Positions 30,464-41,204 of a stretch of DNA of 64,000 bases are shown here, piece by piece. The stretch is from the NCBI GenBank assembly GCA_963763775.1, contig CAVXPZ010000004.1:576001-640000 (forward strand), in the 5' to 3' direction. A program made the translations under genes and the position numbers. This DNA is from an uncultured Chloroflexia bacterium (GTDB lineage: Bacteria > Chloroflexota > Limnocylindria > Limnocylindrales > CSP1-4). The notes beneath the pieces were generated by a model. That model ran no database searches and was not told the origin of the DNA. It was given only the letters and a program-made list of their open reading frames with translations. How positions within the stretch are numbered: the first letter of the stretch is position 1; each line of letters opens with the position of its first letter.

Positions 30464-30919
30464 CCGGTCTTGCGGCGGGCCTCCCTGGTCGACACGGTCC
30501 GGACGGTGCGGCCGGGGCTGCCGCTCGCTCGGCCCGACGGCCGGACGCTCGGCGGTTGACGTGCGAGCGAGGCGCCCCCATGACTCCTCGCTCGCCACCC
30601 CGATCCTTGCTCGCCATTGTGACAGGTACGGTGTCACGGTGGCCGGCCGATCCGGGGTCGCCGCGGGCCGCGCCGACACGAGCCGCACGTTGCGAGCGGG
30701 CGGCGCCCGGGTCGCGATCCGGGCCCGGAAAGCTCGAATCCGCAGGCCGTCGTAGAATTCGCCGCCTACCACCCGGTGCGCCCCGCCACAGGGACTCCAT
30801 ATCGGCACCTAGGGTCGCGCGGCCCCGGCTCACTCGCCAACTCGCTCGCCCCGTCCGTCGATGCGGCTGCCCTCGGGACGCTCGAATCCCGCCGCGCCCA
30901 CGGCTTCTCGGAGGAGCAA

Positions 30920-31258
30920 GTGACCTACGTCGATCGGACCCTGAGCTGCGTCGACTGTGGGGTGGATTTCATCCATTCCGCCGCCGACCAGGAGTACTAC
31001 GTACAGAAGGGGTTCACCAGCGAGCCGAAGCGATGCACGAGCTGCCGGGCCAGCCGACGTGCCGCCCGCGACGGCGGGGATGACATGCGGGCCATCGGCG
31101 GCCCGCGCGGCTACGAGCGCGGGGACGACCGTCCGTCGCGCGAGTACTTCGCCGTCCTCTGCTCGTCGTGCGGCAACCAGGCGCAGGTGCCGTTCAAGCC
31201 GCGCATGGACCGTCCGGTCTACTGCTCGGATTGCTTCCGGACCGTCCGCCCGGACTGA
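30920..31258 (+). CDS. zinc-ribbon (CxxC-x17-CxxC) domain protein
   Basis: DRTLSCVDCG..F..DQEYY..KGF..EPKRCTSCR and CSSCG..VPFKP..RPVYCSDCF. GGAGGAG RBS. Confidence 0.9.
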   Translation: MTYVDRTLSCVDCGVDFIHSAADQEYYVQKGFTSEPKRCTSCRASRRAARDGGDDMRAIGGPRGYERGDDRPSREYFAVLCSSCGNQAQVPFKPRMDRPVYCSDCFRTVRPD

Positions 31259-31407
31259 GTCCACGTCGCTCGCCGGGGTGGGGCGAGCGGCACGTTCCCG
31301 ACAGCCGCGCCGGGGTGGGGCGCGGCGGGTCGGACGGCAAGGGTACCGACGTGCCGGGTACCTCCGGGGGAGTGCCGGGGTCCTCGATGCGCTCGACGCT
31401 ACCCGAC

Positions 31408-31632
31408 ATGACGAAGCGATGGCTCTCGGCCGTCCTCTGGCTCTATGCCGGATGGTGGCTCGGCAACTTCATCTCGGACGCCACGGGCATCAGCGAGCTG
31501 TTCGGTCCGGCCCTCGGGACGGCCCTCGCGGTGCTGATCGCCGGCGATCCGTTCCACGTCGTCTGGCCTCGCCCGGCCCGGGTGAGCCAGCCGGCTTCGA
31601 CGCCCCAGCGCACGGCGCCCGGCGCCATCTGA
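31408..31632 (+). CDS. small two-TM membrane protein
   Basis: MTKRWLSAVLWLYAGWWLGNF...GPALGTALAVLIAGDP. Ends at a terminator. Confidence 0.65.
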   Translation: MTKRWLSAVLWLYAGWWLGNFISDATGISELFGPALGTALAVLIAGDPFHVVWPRPARVSQPASTPQRTAPGAI

Positions 31633-31634
31633 TC

Positions 31635-31667
31635 GAAGGACCGACGTCCCACGGACGCCGGTCCTTC
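31635..31667. terminator. hairpin between convergent genes
   Basis: GAAGGACCG-A-CGTCC-cac-GGACG-C-CGGTCCTTC. Confidence 0.7.
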
Positions 31668-31671
31668 CGTT

Positions 31672-32379
31672 TCAGACCCGGAAGACGTCGCCGGCGCGAT
31701 GCCGTTCGCGGCGTCGGCCGCGCCACACCGTCACGCGCGCGGCCCCGTGGACCTGCCACGACCCGTCGCGACCGATGACCGCGGTCTCCTCGTCGATCCC
31801 CAGCACGACCGACCCGCGCGGCGCCTGCAAGGCGACGAGCGCGGACATCGGCTCGGGCCACGCGTCGTAGTGCGGGACGACCGACGTCCCCGGCGCGAAC
31901 CCGAGGCCTGATCGCCAGCGCAGCGGCCACGGCATGAGGCGAAGCCGGAAGTCGAACGTGTGCCCGGCGAGGACCATCGCGCCGGCCGAGCAGCCGGCCA
32001 GGACCGCGCCGCGATCGTGGGCATCGAGGAGCGCCCCGCCGACCAGGCTGCCGTCGAGGACGCGCAGCAGGTAGTCGGGCTTCCCGCCCGACAGGTAGAT
32101 GAGGTCGGCCTCGCCGATCGCCTGCGCGTGGGCCGCGTCGTCGGCATCGTCGCGATCGCGGACGAGGACCGGCTCGACCTCGGCCCCCAGCTCCCCGAAG
32201 TGCGCGACGCCCATCGAGGCCCAGCGGGCGAAGACGTCTTCGCCATCGGGATAGGACGCGGTCGGGACGATGGCGACGCGTGGGCGCGGACGACCGGTGG
32301 CCGCGAGCAACTCGAGGTCGAAATCGGCCATCCCAGGGAGGAATTCACCGGCGCCCACGAGCGCCACAGGTCCGGGCAC
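31672..32379 (-). CDS. peptidase S51/cyanophycinase-like type 1 glutamine amidotransferase fold protein
   Basis: LVGAGEF, IVPTAS, IYLSGG, AGCSAGAM, VPHYD, GIDEETA. Confidence 0.85.
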   Translation of the reverse strand: MPGPVALVGAGEFLPGMADFDLELLAATGRPRPRVAIVPTASYPDGEDVFARWASMGVAHFGELGAEVEPVLVRDRDDADDAAHAQAIGEADLIYLSGGKPDYLLRVLDGSLVGGALLDAHDRGAVLAGCSAGAMVLAGHTFDFRLRLMPWPLRWRSGLGFAPGTSVVPHYDAWPEPMSALVALQAPRGSVVLGIDEETAVIGRDGSWQVHGAARVTVWRGRRRERHRAGDVFRV

Positions 32380-32453
32380 GCGCAGAGTCTAGTCGCGGTG
32401 CCCGAGATCGCGCCGCGGCGTGTCCCGGGCGTCGCGTGCCACACTGACCGGCG

Positions 32454-34053
32454 ATGACCAGCCGACAGCGATGGACCCTCGTCGCGACCATCATCGGTTC
32501 GGGTGTCGTCTTCCTCGACGGGACCATCGTCAACGTCGCCCTCAAGAGCATCGGGCAGCAGCTGCCGGCCACGGCGATGTCGCCGTTCGAGGGCCAGACG
32601 TACATCGTCAGCGGCTATCTCGCGGTCCTCGCGGCCCTGCTGATCCTGTCGGGCGCCCTGTCCGACCACTACGGCCGGCGACGCATGTACGTGATCGGCC
32701 TCACCGGGTTCGCCGGGACGTCGGCCCTGTGCGGCCTGGCGCCGACCCTCGAGTGGCTGGTGGTCTTCCGGCTCCTCCAGGGCGCGACCGGCGCGCTGCT
32801 CGTGCCCGGGTCCCTGTCGCTGATCACCCACGCCTTCGACGGCGCCTCGCGGGCCCGGGCGTTCGGCGTCTGGGCGTCCGCCACGTCGGCGCTCACGCTC
32901 CTGGGGCCGATCGTCGGCGGGACCATCGTCGACACGATCGGCTGGCGGTTCGCGTTCCTGCTCAACATCCCGTTCATCATCGCGGCCCTCTGGGCGACGA
33001 TCCGGCACGTCGCCGAGTCGCGCGACGAGGAGGCCGAGGGGCGGTTCGACTGGCTCGGGGCCCTGGTCGCCGCCCTCGCGATCGGCGGGCTGTCCTTCGG
33101 CCTCATCCGCGGCGAGCAGCAGCGATGGTCCGACGCGCTGGCGTGGATCGCGATCGCCGTCGGCGTCGTGGCGCTCATCGCGTTCCCGATCCTCATGGCG
33201 ACCCGATCCCATCCCCTCGTCCCGCTCGGGTTGTTCCGGTCGCGCGCCTTCGCGACGATCAACCTCGCGACGTTCTTCATCTACGGCGCGCTCTACGGGA
33301 ACCTCATCTTCCAGGGCCTGCTGCTCCAGGGCGTGCTCGGGTACACGGCCATGGCCGCGGGCGCCATCGGCGTGCCGGCGGGGATCCTGCTCACGGTGTT
33401 GTCGGCGCGTGTGGGCACGATCGCCGGCCGTCGCGGGCCGCGCGGCTTCCTGCTCGCGGGCCCGATGCTGATGGCGATGGGCACGCTCTGGTGGGCGAGG
33501 ATCCCGACCCACTCGGTGCCGTGGCAGGCCGCGATCGCCGCGCCGTCCACGCTGATCCCGCCGGCCGACCTCTTCATCGACGTCCTGCCGGCCGTGCTGC
33601 TCAACGGCCTCGGGATCTCGCTCGTCGTCGCGCCGCTCACGAGCACGCTGATGGGCTCGATCCCGGGCCGGTTCTCCGGGTCTTGGCTCGGCGATCAACA
33701 ACTCGATCTCGCGCGTCGGGCAGCCGCTCCTCGGGGCGCTGATCTTCGTCGCGATGAGCGCGGTCTACTACGCCTCGCTCGGCGCCGCCGCGCCGGGCCT
33801 CGACACGGACTCGGCGGCCGTCCGGACCGCCTACTCGCCGCTGAACCCTGCCCCGGTCGGCGCGACGCCGATGGAGGCGGTCGCGTCCAACGAGGCCTCG
33901 ATCGCCGCCTTCCACCTCGCGATGCTCGTGACCGCGAGCCTGCTGATCGCCGGCGGCCTGATCTCGTGGTTCGGGCTCCGCGAACGACGCCGTCCGGTCG
34001 GCGCGGAGAGCAGCGCCATCGCCGCGACCGGCGAACCGGCCGCGCTGGGCTGA
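32454..34053 (+). CDS. DHA2-type MFS efflux transporter (frameshift ~33680)
   Basis: LDGTIVNVAL, GALSDHYGRRR, WRFAFLLNIP. C-terminus continues in ORF 33754..34053. Confidence 0.87.
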
Positions 34054-34060
34054 CGCCTCG

Positions 34061-34609
34061 TCAGTCGCGGACCCGGAAGGGCTCGCCGTGGCCGGGGATG
34101 ACGATGTCGACGGCGGCCAGCACCCGCGCCCGGCCGGCCTCGATGGCCGCCTGGTCCGACCCCAGCGGGTCGATCTCGGGCGTCCGGTCCGCGTGCCACC
34201 AGAGGTGCGTGAGGGCGTACGTCGCGTCGTCGGCGCGGACGATCAGCGTCGCGTCCTCCTCGGTGTGCCCGGGCGTGAGCCAGAGCTCGGTGTTCGGGGA
34301 GAGGTGGTAGCCGTCGCCGTCGTGGTCGAGCCACAGGTCGTCGCGATAGCGGGCCCAGAAGTCCACGACCTCGGCGTTGGGGAACAGCGCGATGTTGATC
34401 GTGTGATCCGGGTGGTGGTGGCTCAGGAAGACGTGGGTCACCGCCTCGGGCGCGACGCCGAGGGCCGCGAGCGGGTCGAGGATGCGCGCCCGGTTGGCAA
34501 CCATGCCCGGGTCGGCGACGATGAGGGCGTCACCGTCCTTGATCAGGGAGACGCTGCTGCCCACGCGGTCGTGGGCGTAGCCGGCCTGGAGCAGATGCAG
34601 GGTCGTCAT
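34061..34609 (-). CDS. MBL-fold metallo-hydrolase
   Basis: SHHHPDH, TPGHT, IPGHG. Confidence 0.85.
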   Translation of the reverse strand: MTTLHLLQAGYAHDRVGSSVSLIKDGDALIVADPGMVANRARILDPLAALGVAPEAVTHVFLSHHHPDHTINIALFPNAEVVDFWARYRDDLWLDHDGDGYHLSPNTELWLTPGHTEEDATLIVRADDATYALTHLWWHADRTPEIDPLGSDQAAIEAGRARVLAAVDIVIPGHGEPFRVRD

Positions 34610-34712
34610 GGCCGGTGATGCTACCCCGTCGCACGGGGCGGGATTCCCCGGGCCCGACCAGCGGGCCGATGCGAGACTCCAGCCGCCCGACCACCACCTC
34701 CGGAGGAGCCGA

Positions 34713-36369
34713 ATGACCCTCGACGCCCATGCCGACCTGGTCCTGACCGGTGGCCGGGTGGCCACGATGGACGCCGCCCGCAGCTGGGCCAGCGCGATCG
34801 CGGTCCGCGACGGTCGGATCGTCGCCGTCGGATCGGACACGGCCGTCCGGCTGGCGATCGGGGCTCGCACGCGGGTGATCCAGTTGCGCGGGCGGACGGT
34901 CACCCCCGGGTTCCAGGACGCCCACGTCCATCCCGGTCGGCGGGGGTCTCGAGATGCTTCGCGTCGACCTCAACGGCCACGTCGTCAAGTCCGACTACCC
35001 GCCGATCATCGCGGCCTACGCGTCGACCCACCCGGACGCGGCGTGGATCCTCGGCGGCGGGTGGTACATGGCCGCGTTCGAGCACGGGGCGCCGCGCCGC
35101 GAGGACCTCGACGCCATCGTGTCCGACCGGCCGGCGTTCATCAGCAGCCGCGACGGCCACAGTGCGTGGGTCAACTCGAAGGCGCTGGCACTCGCCGGTG
35201 TCACCGCGGAGACCGCCGATCCGGGCGACGGCCGGATCGAGCGCGACCCCGACGGCTCGCCCAGCGGCACGCTCCATGAAGGGGCGATGGACCTCGTCGG
35301 TCGACACGTCCCGGAGGACTCGCCATCGGAGCTCATCGAAGGCCTGCGCCTCGGGCAGCGCTATCTGCACAGCCTCGGCATCACCGCCTGGCAGGACGCC
35401 ATCGTGGGAAAGGACGAGGAGGAGCTCGCCTACGTCGCGCTGGCCTCGAACGGCGAGCTGACGGGCCGCGTCATCGGCGCCCTCTGGTGGGAGCACGACC
35501 GCGGCGCCGAGCAGATCGAGGAGTTCGTGGAGCGCCGCCGATCCACGGCCGTGGGGCGCTACGCGCCGACGAGCGTGAAGCTGATGATGGACGGCGTCCT
35601 CGAGAACTTCACGGGCTCGATGCTGGACCCGTATCTCGACGAGCACGGGCAGCCGACGGAGAACCGGGGCCTGCGCCAGATCGACCCCGAGGGCTTGCGG
35701 ACGTGGGTGCCGCGCCTCGATGCCCTCGGGTTCCAGCCGCACTTCCACGCCATCGGCGACCGCGCGGTGCGCGACTCCCTCGACGCGGTGGCGGCCGCAC
35801 GCGAGGCGAACGGCCTGTCGGACACCCGGCCGCACATCGCGCACATCCAGGTGATCCACCCCGACGACATCCCGCGGTTCCGACAGCTCGGCGTCGCGGC
35901 CAACGCCCAGCCGCTGTGGGCAGCCCGCGAAGACCAGATGGACGTGCTGACGATCCCATTCCTGGGCGAGCCGCGCTGGCGCTGGCAGTACCCGTTCCGC
36001 TCGCTCCGAGCGGCCGGCGCGGTGCTGGCGATGGGGTCGGACTGGAGCGTCTCGAGCGCGAACCCCCTGCTCGAGATGGAGATCGCCGTCGAGCGGGTCT
36101 ACCGCGAACCCGCGGGTGATCGCGGCGTGTTCCTCCCCGAGGAGCGCATCGAGCTCATCGACGCGCTCGCCGCATTCACCTCCGGCTCGGCGTACGTGAA
36201 TCACCTCGACGCGGTCACGGGCACGATCGAGGTGGGCAAGGATGCCGACCTGGCCGTGCTGGATCGCGACCTGTTCGACCGCGGGGCGGGGGCCATCGGC
36301 GAGGCCCGGGTCGTCGGCACCTTCGTCGAGGGTCAGGCCGTGTACGAGGATCCCGCGCTCGAGGCGTGA
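34713..36369 (+). CDS. amidohydrolase (YtcJ/Amidohydro_3 type; frameshift ~34935)
   Basis: PGFQDAHVH, DGHSAWVNS, HAIGDRA, GSDW, GKDADLAVLD. Confidence 0.88.
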
Positions 36370-36513
36370 GGCGGGCGCCGTCGCGAAGCCGCGCCGGCAT
36401 GGACACATGACGATGTCGAAATGAGGGCGGACGTCCGTGTCCGCTCGCGCGCCACGGGGCGATGCTCTCCCTGCACCCGATGAGATGGGTGACAGAAAGG
36501 AGAGATCGAACCA

Positions 36514-36723
36514 ATGAACGCCTACGCGATCTTCGCCGTCAACGAGCACCTGGAGTTCCTCCTCGCCGACGCCGCCCGCAACCGCGCCAACCACGTGGCC
36601 AAGCCCAGCGTCCGAGTCCGGATCGCCAAGGCGGTCGACAAGGTTCGCCTCAGCGTCGCGACATCGACGTACGAGACGAGCTCGATCCTCCCGAAGCTCG
36701 ACGACTATCCCTACCGGGGCTGA
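36514..36723 (+). CDS. 69-aa small hypothetical protein
   Basis: AGAAAGGAGA RBS, GC3-rich codons, followed by a terminator. Confidence 0.75.
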   Translation: MNAYAIFAVNEHLEFLLADAARNRANHVAKPSVRVRIAKAVDKVRLSVATSTYETSSILPKLDDYPYRG

Positions 36724-36759
36724 GCCTCCTCCCTCCGCCCCGACCCTCCTCCCTCCGAT

Positions 36760-36799
36760 ACACGAAGACCTCCGCTTCCCCCGGCGGAGGTCTTCGTGT
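36760..36799. terminator. 16-bp stem hairpin between convergent genes
   Basis: ACACGAAGACCTCCGC ... GCGGAGGTCTTCGTGT. Confidence 0.8.
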
Positions 36800-36837
36800 G
36801 CCCGCCGCACCGGCATGACGCACGCCCAGGCCCGCAC

Positions 36838-37414
36838 CTAGGCGAGGTCGGCGGGCTCGTCGATGTCGCGGAGCGTCCCGCCGTCCGGGTCGTCCTCCCG
36901 CCAGACTTCCTCCGGGATCGCCACGAGCGAGAGCGCCATCGGCAACGCCCGAAGCCGACGTTCCCCCGCCGCGAGCAGGGCCTCGGCGGCGGCCGACGCG
37001 GCGGCGCGGCGCACGGCCAGCGGCAGCGGGCGGAGGTCCCCGCCAGCCTCCAGCAGCGCGGCGTCTGCCTTGGCAAGCCCGTCGACGAGGCGCTGCAGGA
37101 CGGCCGGTGCCATCGATGGCATGTCGCCGCCGACGACGATGACGACATCCGCGTCGGTCGCCGCGAGACCTGCGGCGACCCCGGCCAGCGGGCCTTCGAA
37201 CGGCCTCGAGTCGTGGACGAGCCGGGCGCCGGCCGGGAGGTCCCGATCCACACCCGGCGGCACGACGACGACGATGTCGTCCGCGAGGCCGGTGACCGCA
37301 TCGATCGCGCGCTCGAGCATCGGCCGGCCATCGATCGGCTCGGCCAGCTTGTCGCGGCCGAACCGCGACGACCGGCCGCCCGCGAGGACGATGGCCGCCG
37401 ACCCGGTCGGTCAC
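36838..37414 (-). CDS. mobA: molybdenum cofactor guanylyltransferase (start out of frame)
   Basis: AIVLAGGRSSRFGRDK, GPLAGV, GGDMP, DIDEPADL. GTG at 37414 is in the selB frame. Confidence 0.85.
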
Positions 37415-39229
37415 GGCGGCGCTGACCCGGTCCGGCGCCCTCGGTCCGGGGACGTGCCCGTCGGGGGTCCGGCGGAGGACGCCGCGGCGGTCGAGGTCCT
37501 CGAGGATCGCCATCACGTACTTCCGGCTCGTGCCGGTCGCGTCGCGGTACGCCGCGGGGGTGAGCGGCGCCTGGCGCGCCATCTCGAGCGCCCGATCGGT
37601 GAGGTCGCGGTACGTCGTTCCCGCATAGGCGAGGTCCGGCTCGAGGACCACGATGCGACCGGACCGCTCGAGGGCGCGGACGGCGTCCGGCGGGCAGCCG
37701 CTGGCCCGAGCGGCCTCCGCGAGTCTCGGCGGCGACGGGACGGCCAGGGCGGCCTCCAGCCGGTCCATCGCCGCGAGCAGGCCCGGGTCCGGCGCCGCCG
37801 CGGCGACGCCCGCCGGGCGCAGGCGGTCGCCGTCCCGGACCAGCGTCCCCGCGGTGACGAGGCCGTCGATCACGGCCGTCGCGGCGGTGCCGGCTTCGTC
37901 GCGCGTGCTCGTAGCCGACCGGCGGATCGAACGGACCACCACCGGACGGAGCGAGGCCAGCGTCACGTCGCCCGTGACGTGCTCGGTGGCGGCCTGGGCC
38001 GCCGACGCCTCGACGTCGGGCGCGAGCCGGAGCTGGCGGTCCACCAGGCGCAGGCCGTGGAGCTCCAACGTCGCGGACGCCACCGCGTCGCGATCGCCGC
38101 GCGCCAGGGCGGCCGCCAGGACCTCGACCCTCGCCGACGTCTGGCGACGGCGCGACACGCCGCGAGCCGGCTGCGGATCGAGCACGATCCCGCCGACGAC
38201 CGGGTCTGCGCCGCTCGACCGGCGAAGGACGAACCGGTCGCCCGCAGCCGCGGCGATGGGCTCTGCCAGGCGCAGGATCGCGGCGGCCGAGGCGTCGGCG
38301 AGGTCGATCGCGTCACGGCCACTGCGGCCCACGGCCGCGTCGACGGCTGCCGTCCCGAGGTGGAGCCGGGCGCGCGCCCGGTCGGCCATCGGTCGGGCGA
38401 GCCGCACGAGGAGGCGCGACGTCTCGACGACCGCCGGGTCGGTCGTGAGCACGACGCCGCGGTGCAGGCGCTCGAGCTCGGTGCCCGCGACGTTGAGGGC
38501 CGTCCGCCCCTCCGGGGCGGTGTCGACGGAACCTCCGTGCACCTGGATCTCGCGGATCCGGACGGACCCGTCGTCAGGGACCACCCGAAGCGCCTCGCCC
38601 CCCGACAGCGGTCCGCCTCGGAGCGATCCGGTCACCACCACTCCACGGCCTTTGACGTGGAACACGCGGTCGATCGCCAGTCGGGGCCCGCGGGCGACAC
38701 CAGGCGATCCGCGGCGTTCGACCCGGTCCCGGACGTCGCGCAACGCGAACCGGAGCTCGCCCAGACCCACGCCGGTCACCGATGAAGCCGGGATCACCGG
38801 GGCGCCGGCCAGCGATGAGCCGGCGACGAGCCGCCCGACCTCGGCGACGACCTCGTCCACACGACCGGGGTCGACGGCATCGATCTTGGTGACGACGATG
38901 ATCCCGGGCTCGACCCCGAGCGCGTCGAGGAGCGCGAGGTGCTCCCGGGTCTGCGCCCGGACCCCGTCGTCGGCCGCGACGACCAGGAGCGCGGCGTCGA
39001 TCTCGCCCGCTCCGACGAGCATGTTGCCGACCAGTCGGTCGTGCCCGGGAACGTCGACGAAGTCGAGCTCGGTGCCATCGTCGAAGGCGAGGTGCGCGTA
39101 CCCGACGTCGATCGTCATCCCGCGTCGCCGCTCTTCCGGAAGCCGGTCGGCGTCGATGCCGGTCAGGGCACGCAGGAGGGTCGTCTTGCCGTGGTCGATG
39201 TGCCCGGCCGTGCCGACGACGACGGTCAT
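37415..39229 (-). CDS. selB: selenocysteine-specific elongation factor (3' end ambiguous)
   Basis: GTAGHIDHGKT, DRLPEERRRGMTID, DVPGH, C-terminal TSRKYVMAILEDLDR winged helix. No stop at the expected position. Confidence 0.93.
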
Positions 39230-40596
39230 GCGCGGGCGGCGAGGGCCCGCTCGACCGCACCGGCCAGCGCGGCGTCCTCGTCCGGATCGACGGTCCGCAG
39301 ATCGAGCACGACCCGGTCGTCGACGATGTGCCCGATGACGATCGGCGTTCCGAGCCGGAGGGCGGCCAGGAGCCGTGTCGCGGAGCGGGCGGAGAGGCCC
39401 AGCCCCCAGGACGGCAGTGTCTCGCCGGGCAGCGACCCGCCGCCGATCGTCGAGACACAGGCGATGGCCCCGCAGCGATCCGCCGGCACGGCGAGCCTCG
39501 CCACCATCGCCTCGGCGCGCTCGCGCACCTGCGCCTCCGTGGTGCTGATCATCCGCCAGACCGGGATGTCCGTCGTCGCCCGCCCGGCCCGGTACGACCC
39601 GAGCGTGAGCGCGACCGCGGCCATCGTGACCTTGTCCGGCCGCATGGCCCGGGCGAACGGGTCGCGGCGGATCCTCGTGATGAGGTCGGCGCGACCCACG
39701 ATGAAGCCGGCCTGGGGTCCCCCGACGAGCTTGTCGCCGCTGAACGTCACGATGTCAGCGCCAGCGGCGAGCCGCTCGCTCGGGAGCGGCTCGTGCGCCA
39801 GACCGAATGCCGCCGTGTCGAGGAGCGCGCCGCTGCCCAGGTCGTCGATGACGATCGCCCCGTACCGGTGGGCGATCTCCGCGACCGCCACGGGATCGGG
39901 CGTCTCGGTGAAGCCGGCCATCGTGAAGTTCGACGGGTGGACGCGCAGGACCACCGAGGCGCGCCGCTCGGCGAGCGGCGCCTCGAAGTCACCGGCGCTC
40001 GTCCGATTCGTCGTGCCGACCTCGATGAGCTTCGCGCCCGCCCGGCGGATGATGTCCGGGATCCGAACGCCCCCACCGATCTCGACCAGTTCGCCGCGGG
40101 ACACGACGATCGCGCCGGCACGCCCGGCGAGGCCGACGGCGAGGGCCAACGCGGCCGCGTTGTTGTTGGTGACGATCGCGTCCTCGGCACCGGTCAGGGC
40201 CACGAGGTGGTCCTCCGCGATCCGGGCCCGGGGCCCTCGCCGGCCGGATGTGCGATCGAGCTCAAGGAGCAGATAGTCGGTCGCGATGGCGGCGGCACCG
40301 GCCGCAGCGCCATCGGGCCATGGTGCCCGCCCCAGGTTCGTGTGGATGATCACGCCGGTCGCGTTGATGACGGGTCGGACACCGGCGCTGGCGAAGCCGT
40401 CCAGACGCGACCGGGCATCGTCGGCGAGCTCGGCGATCCCGCGCGGCGCCGCGTGCTCGGCCAGCCGGGCGCGCTCATCGGCGATGACCGCCCGGACGAT
40501 CGCGACCAACGCGGCGTCGTCCGTCGCCGGCGCGTCAGCTCGCACGACGGCCAGCACGCGCTCGACGCTCGGTGGCCGCGGGGGCGTGGCGGTCAC
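39226..40596 (-). CDS. selA: L-seryl-tRNA(Sec) selenium transferase
   Basis: VINATGVIIHTNLGRAP, NNNAAA, SRGELVEIGG, EVGTTNRT, HPSNF, DLGSG, FSGDKLVGGPQAG. Confidence 0.97.
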   Translation of the reverse strand: MTATPPRPPSVERVLAVVRADAPATDDAALVAIVRAVIADERARLAEHAAPRGIAELADDARSRLDGFASAGVRPVINATGVIIHTNLGRAPWPDGAAAGAAAIATDYLLLELDRTSGRRGPRARIAEDHLVALTGAEDAIVTNNNAAALALAVGLAGRAGAIVVSRGELVEIGGGVRIPDIIRRAGAKLIEVGTTNRTSAGDFEAPLAERRASVVLRVHPSNFTMAGFTETPDPVAVAEIAHRYGAIVIDDLGSGALLDTAAFGLAHEPLPSERLAAGADIVTFSGDKLVGGPQAGFIVGRADLITRIRRDPFARAMRPDKVTMAAVALTLGSYRAGRATTDIPVWRMISTTEAQVRERAEAMVARLAVPADRCGAIACVSTIGGGSLPGETLPSWGLGLSARSATRLLAALRLGTPIVIGHIVDDRVVLDLRTVDPDEDAALAGAVERALAARA

Positions 40597-41204
40597 CGGT
40601 GCCCGCCGTCCACGGCCGGGCTCGTCGCGATCATGTCGATGACGTGCCAGTGCTTCGGGCCGGAGACGGCCTCGCCGTCCTCCTCGCGTTCGTCGAACCA
40701 GACCACGTCCAGGCCCGTCAGCAGGTCCGATGCCGCGTCGCGGTCGAGGAACGTCATCGTCGGATCGGTGTGCCAGGTGTCGTGCGGTCCGAACACGTTG
40801 ACCGCCACGAGCCCGTTCGGCCGCAGCGCCGCGAGGATGCTCGCCCAGGTGCGAGCGAAGGCCGTCGGGACCTGGAACGGCAGGCTGAAGCCCGCGTAGA
40901 TCAGGTCCGCCGGCGAGAGGTCCGCCGACTCGAGGGTCGCCGTGGCCAGGCGCAGCCGCGAGGCCGCGTCGGCAGGGACCCGATCGCGGATGATGCGGGC
41001 CGACGCCGGTTCGGCATCGACGGCGAGGACGTCCCAGCCGCGCTCGAGCAGCGCGAGGGTCTCGGTGCCGTCGCCCGCGCCAAGGTCGATCGCGGATCCC
41101 GGCGCCCGATCGCCCCAGACCGCCATCGCCCGGTCGAACAGCGGCCGCGTCGTCCGGCCCACCATCGCGGCGTAGAAGCGGTCCCAGTCCCGTCCGATCG
41201 CCAA
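40593..41204 (-). CDS. class I SAM-dependent methyltransferase (TehB-like)
   Basis: AIDLGAGDG motif I, GWDVLAVD, SLPF, KHWHV. TTG start with AGGAG RBS; GTGA-coupled to selA. Confidence 0.87.
   Translation of the reverse strand: MAIGRDWDRFYAAMVGRTTRPLFDRAMAVWGDRAPGSAIDLGAGDGTETLALLERGWDVLAVDAEPASARIIRDRVPADAASRLRLATATLESADLSPADLIYAGFSLPFQVPTAFARTWASILAALRPNGLVAVNVFGPHDTWHTDPTMTFLDRDAASDLLTGLDVVWFDEREEDGEAVSGPKHWHVIDMIATSPAVDGGHR

Noticed and set aside
31271-31322. 15-bp direct repeat CGCCGGGGTGGGGCG (31271, 31308)
   Set aside because: Only two copies of low-complexity G-rich sequence. It cannot be separated from chance or a simple operator.
36650-37414. 250-aa C-terminal extension of SelB in the ORF track
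   Set aside because: Low-complexity Arg/Gly/Pro off-frame read-through over mobA, the terminator and the antisense small gene.
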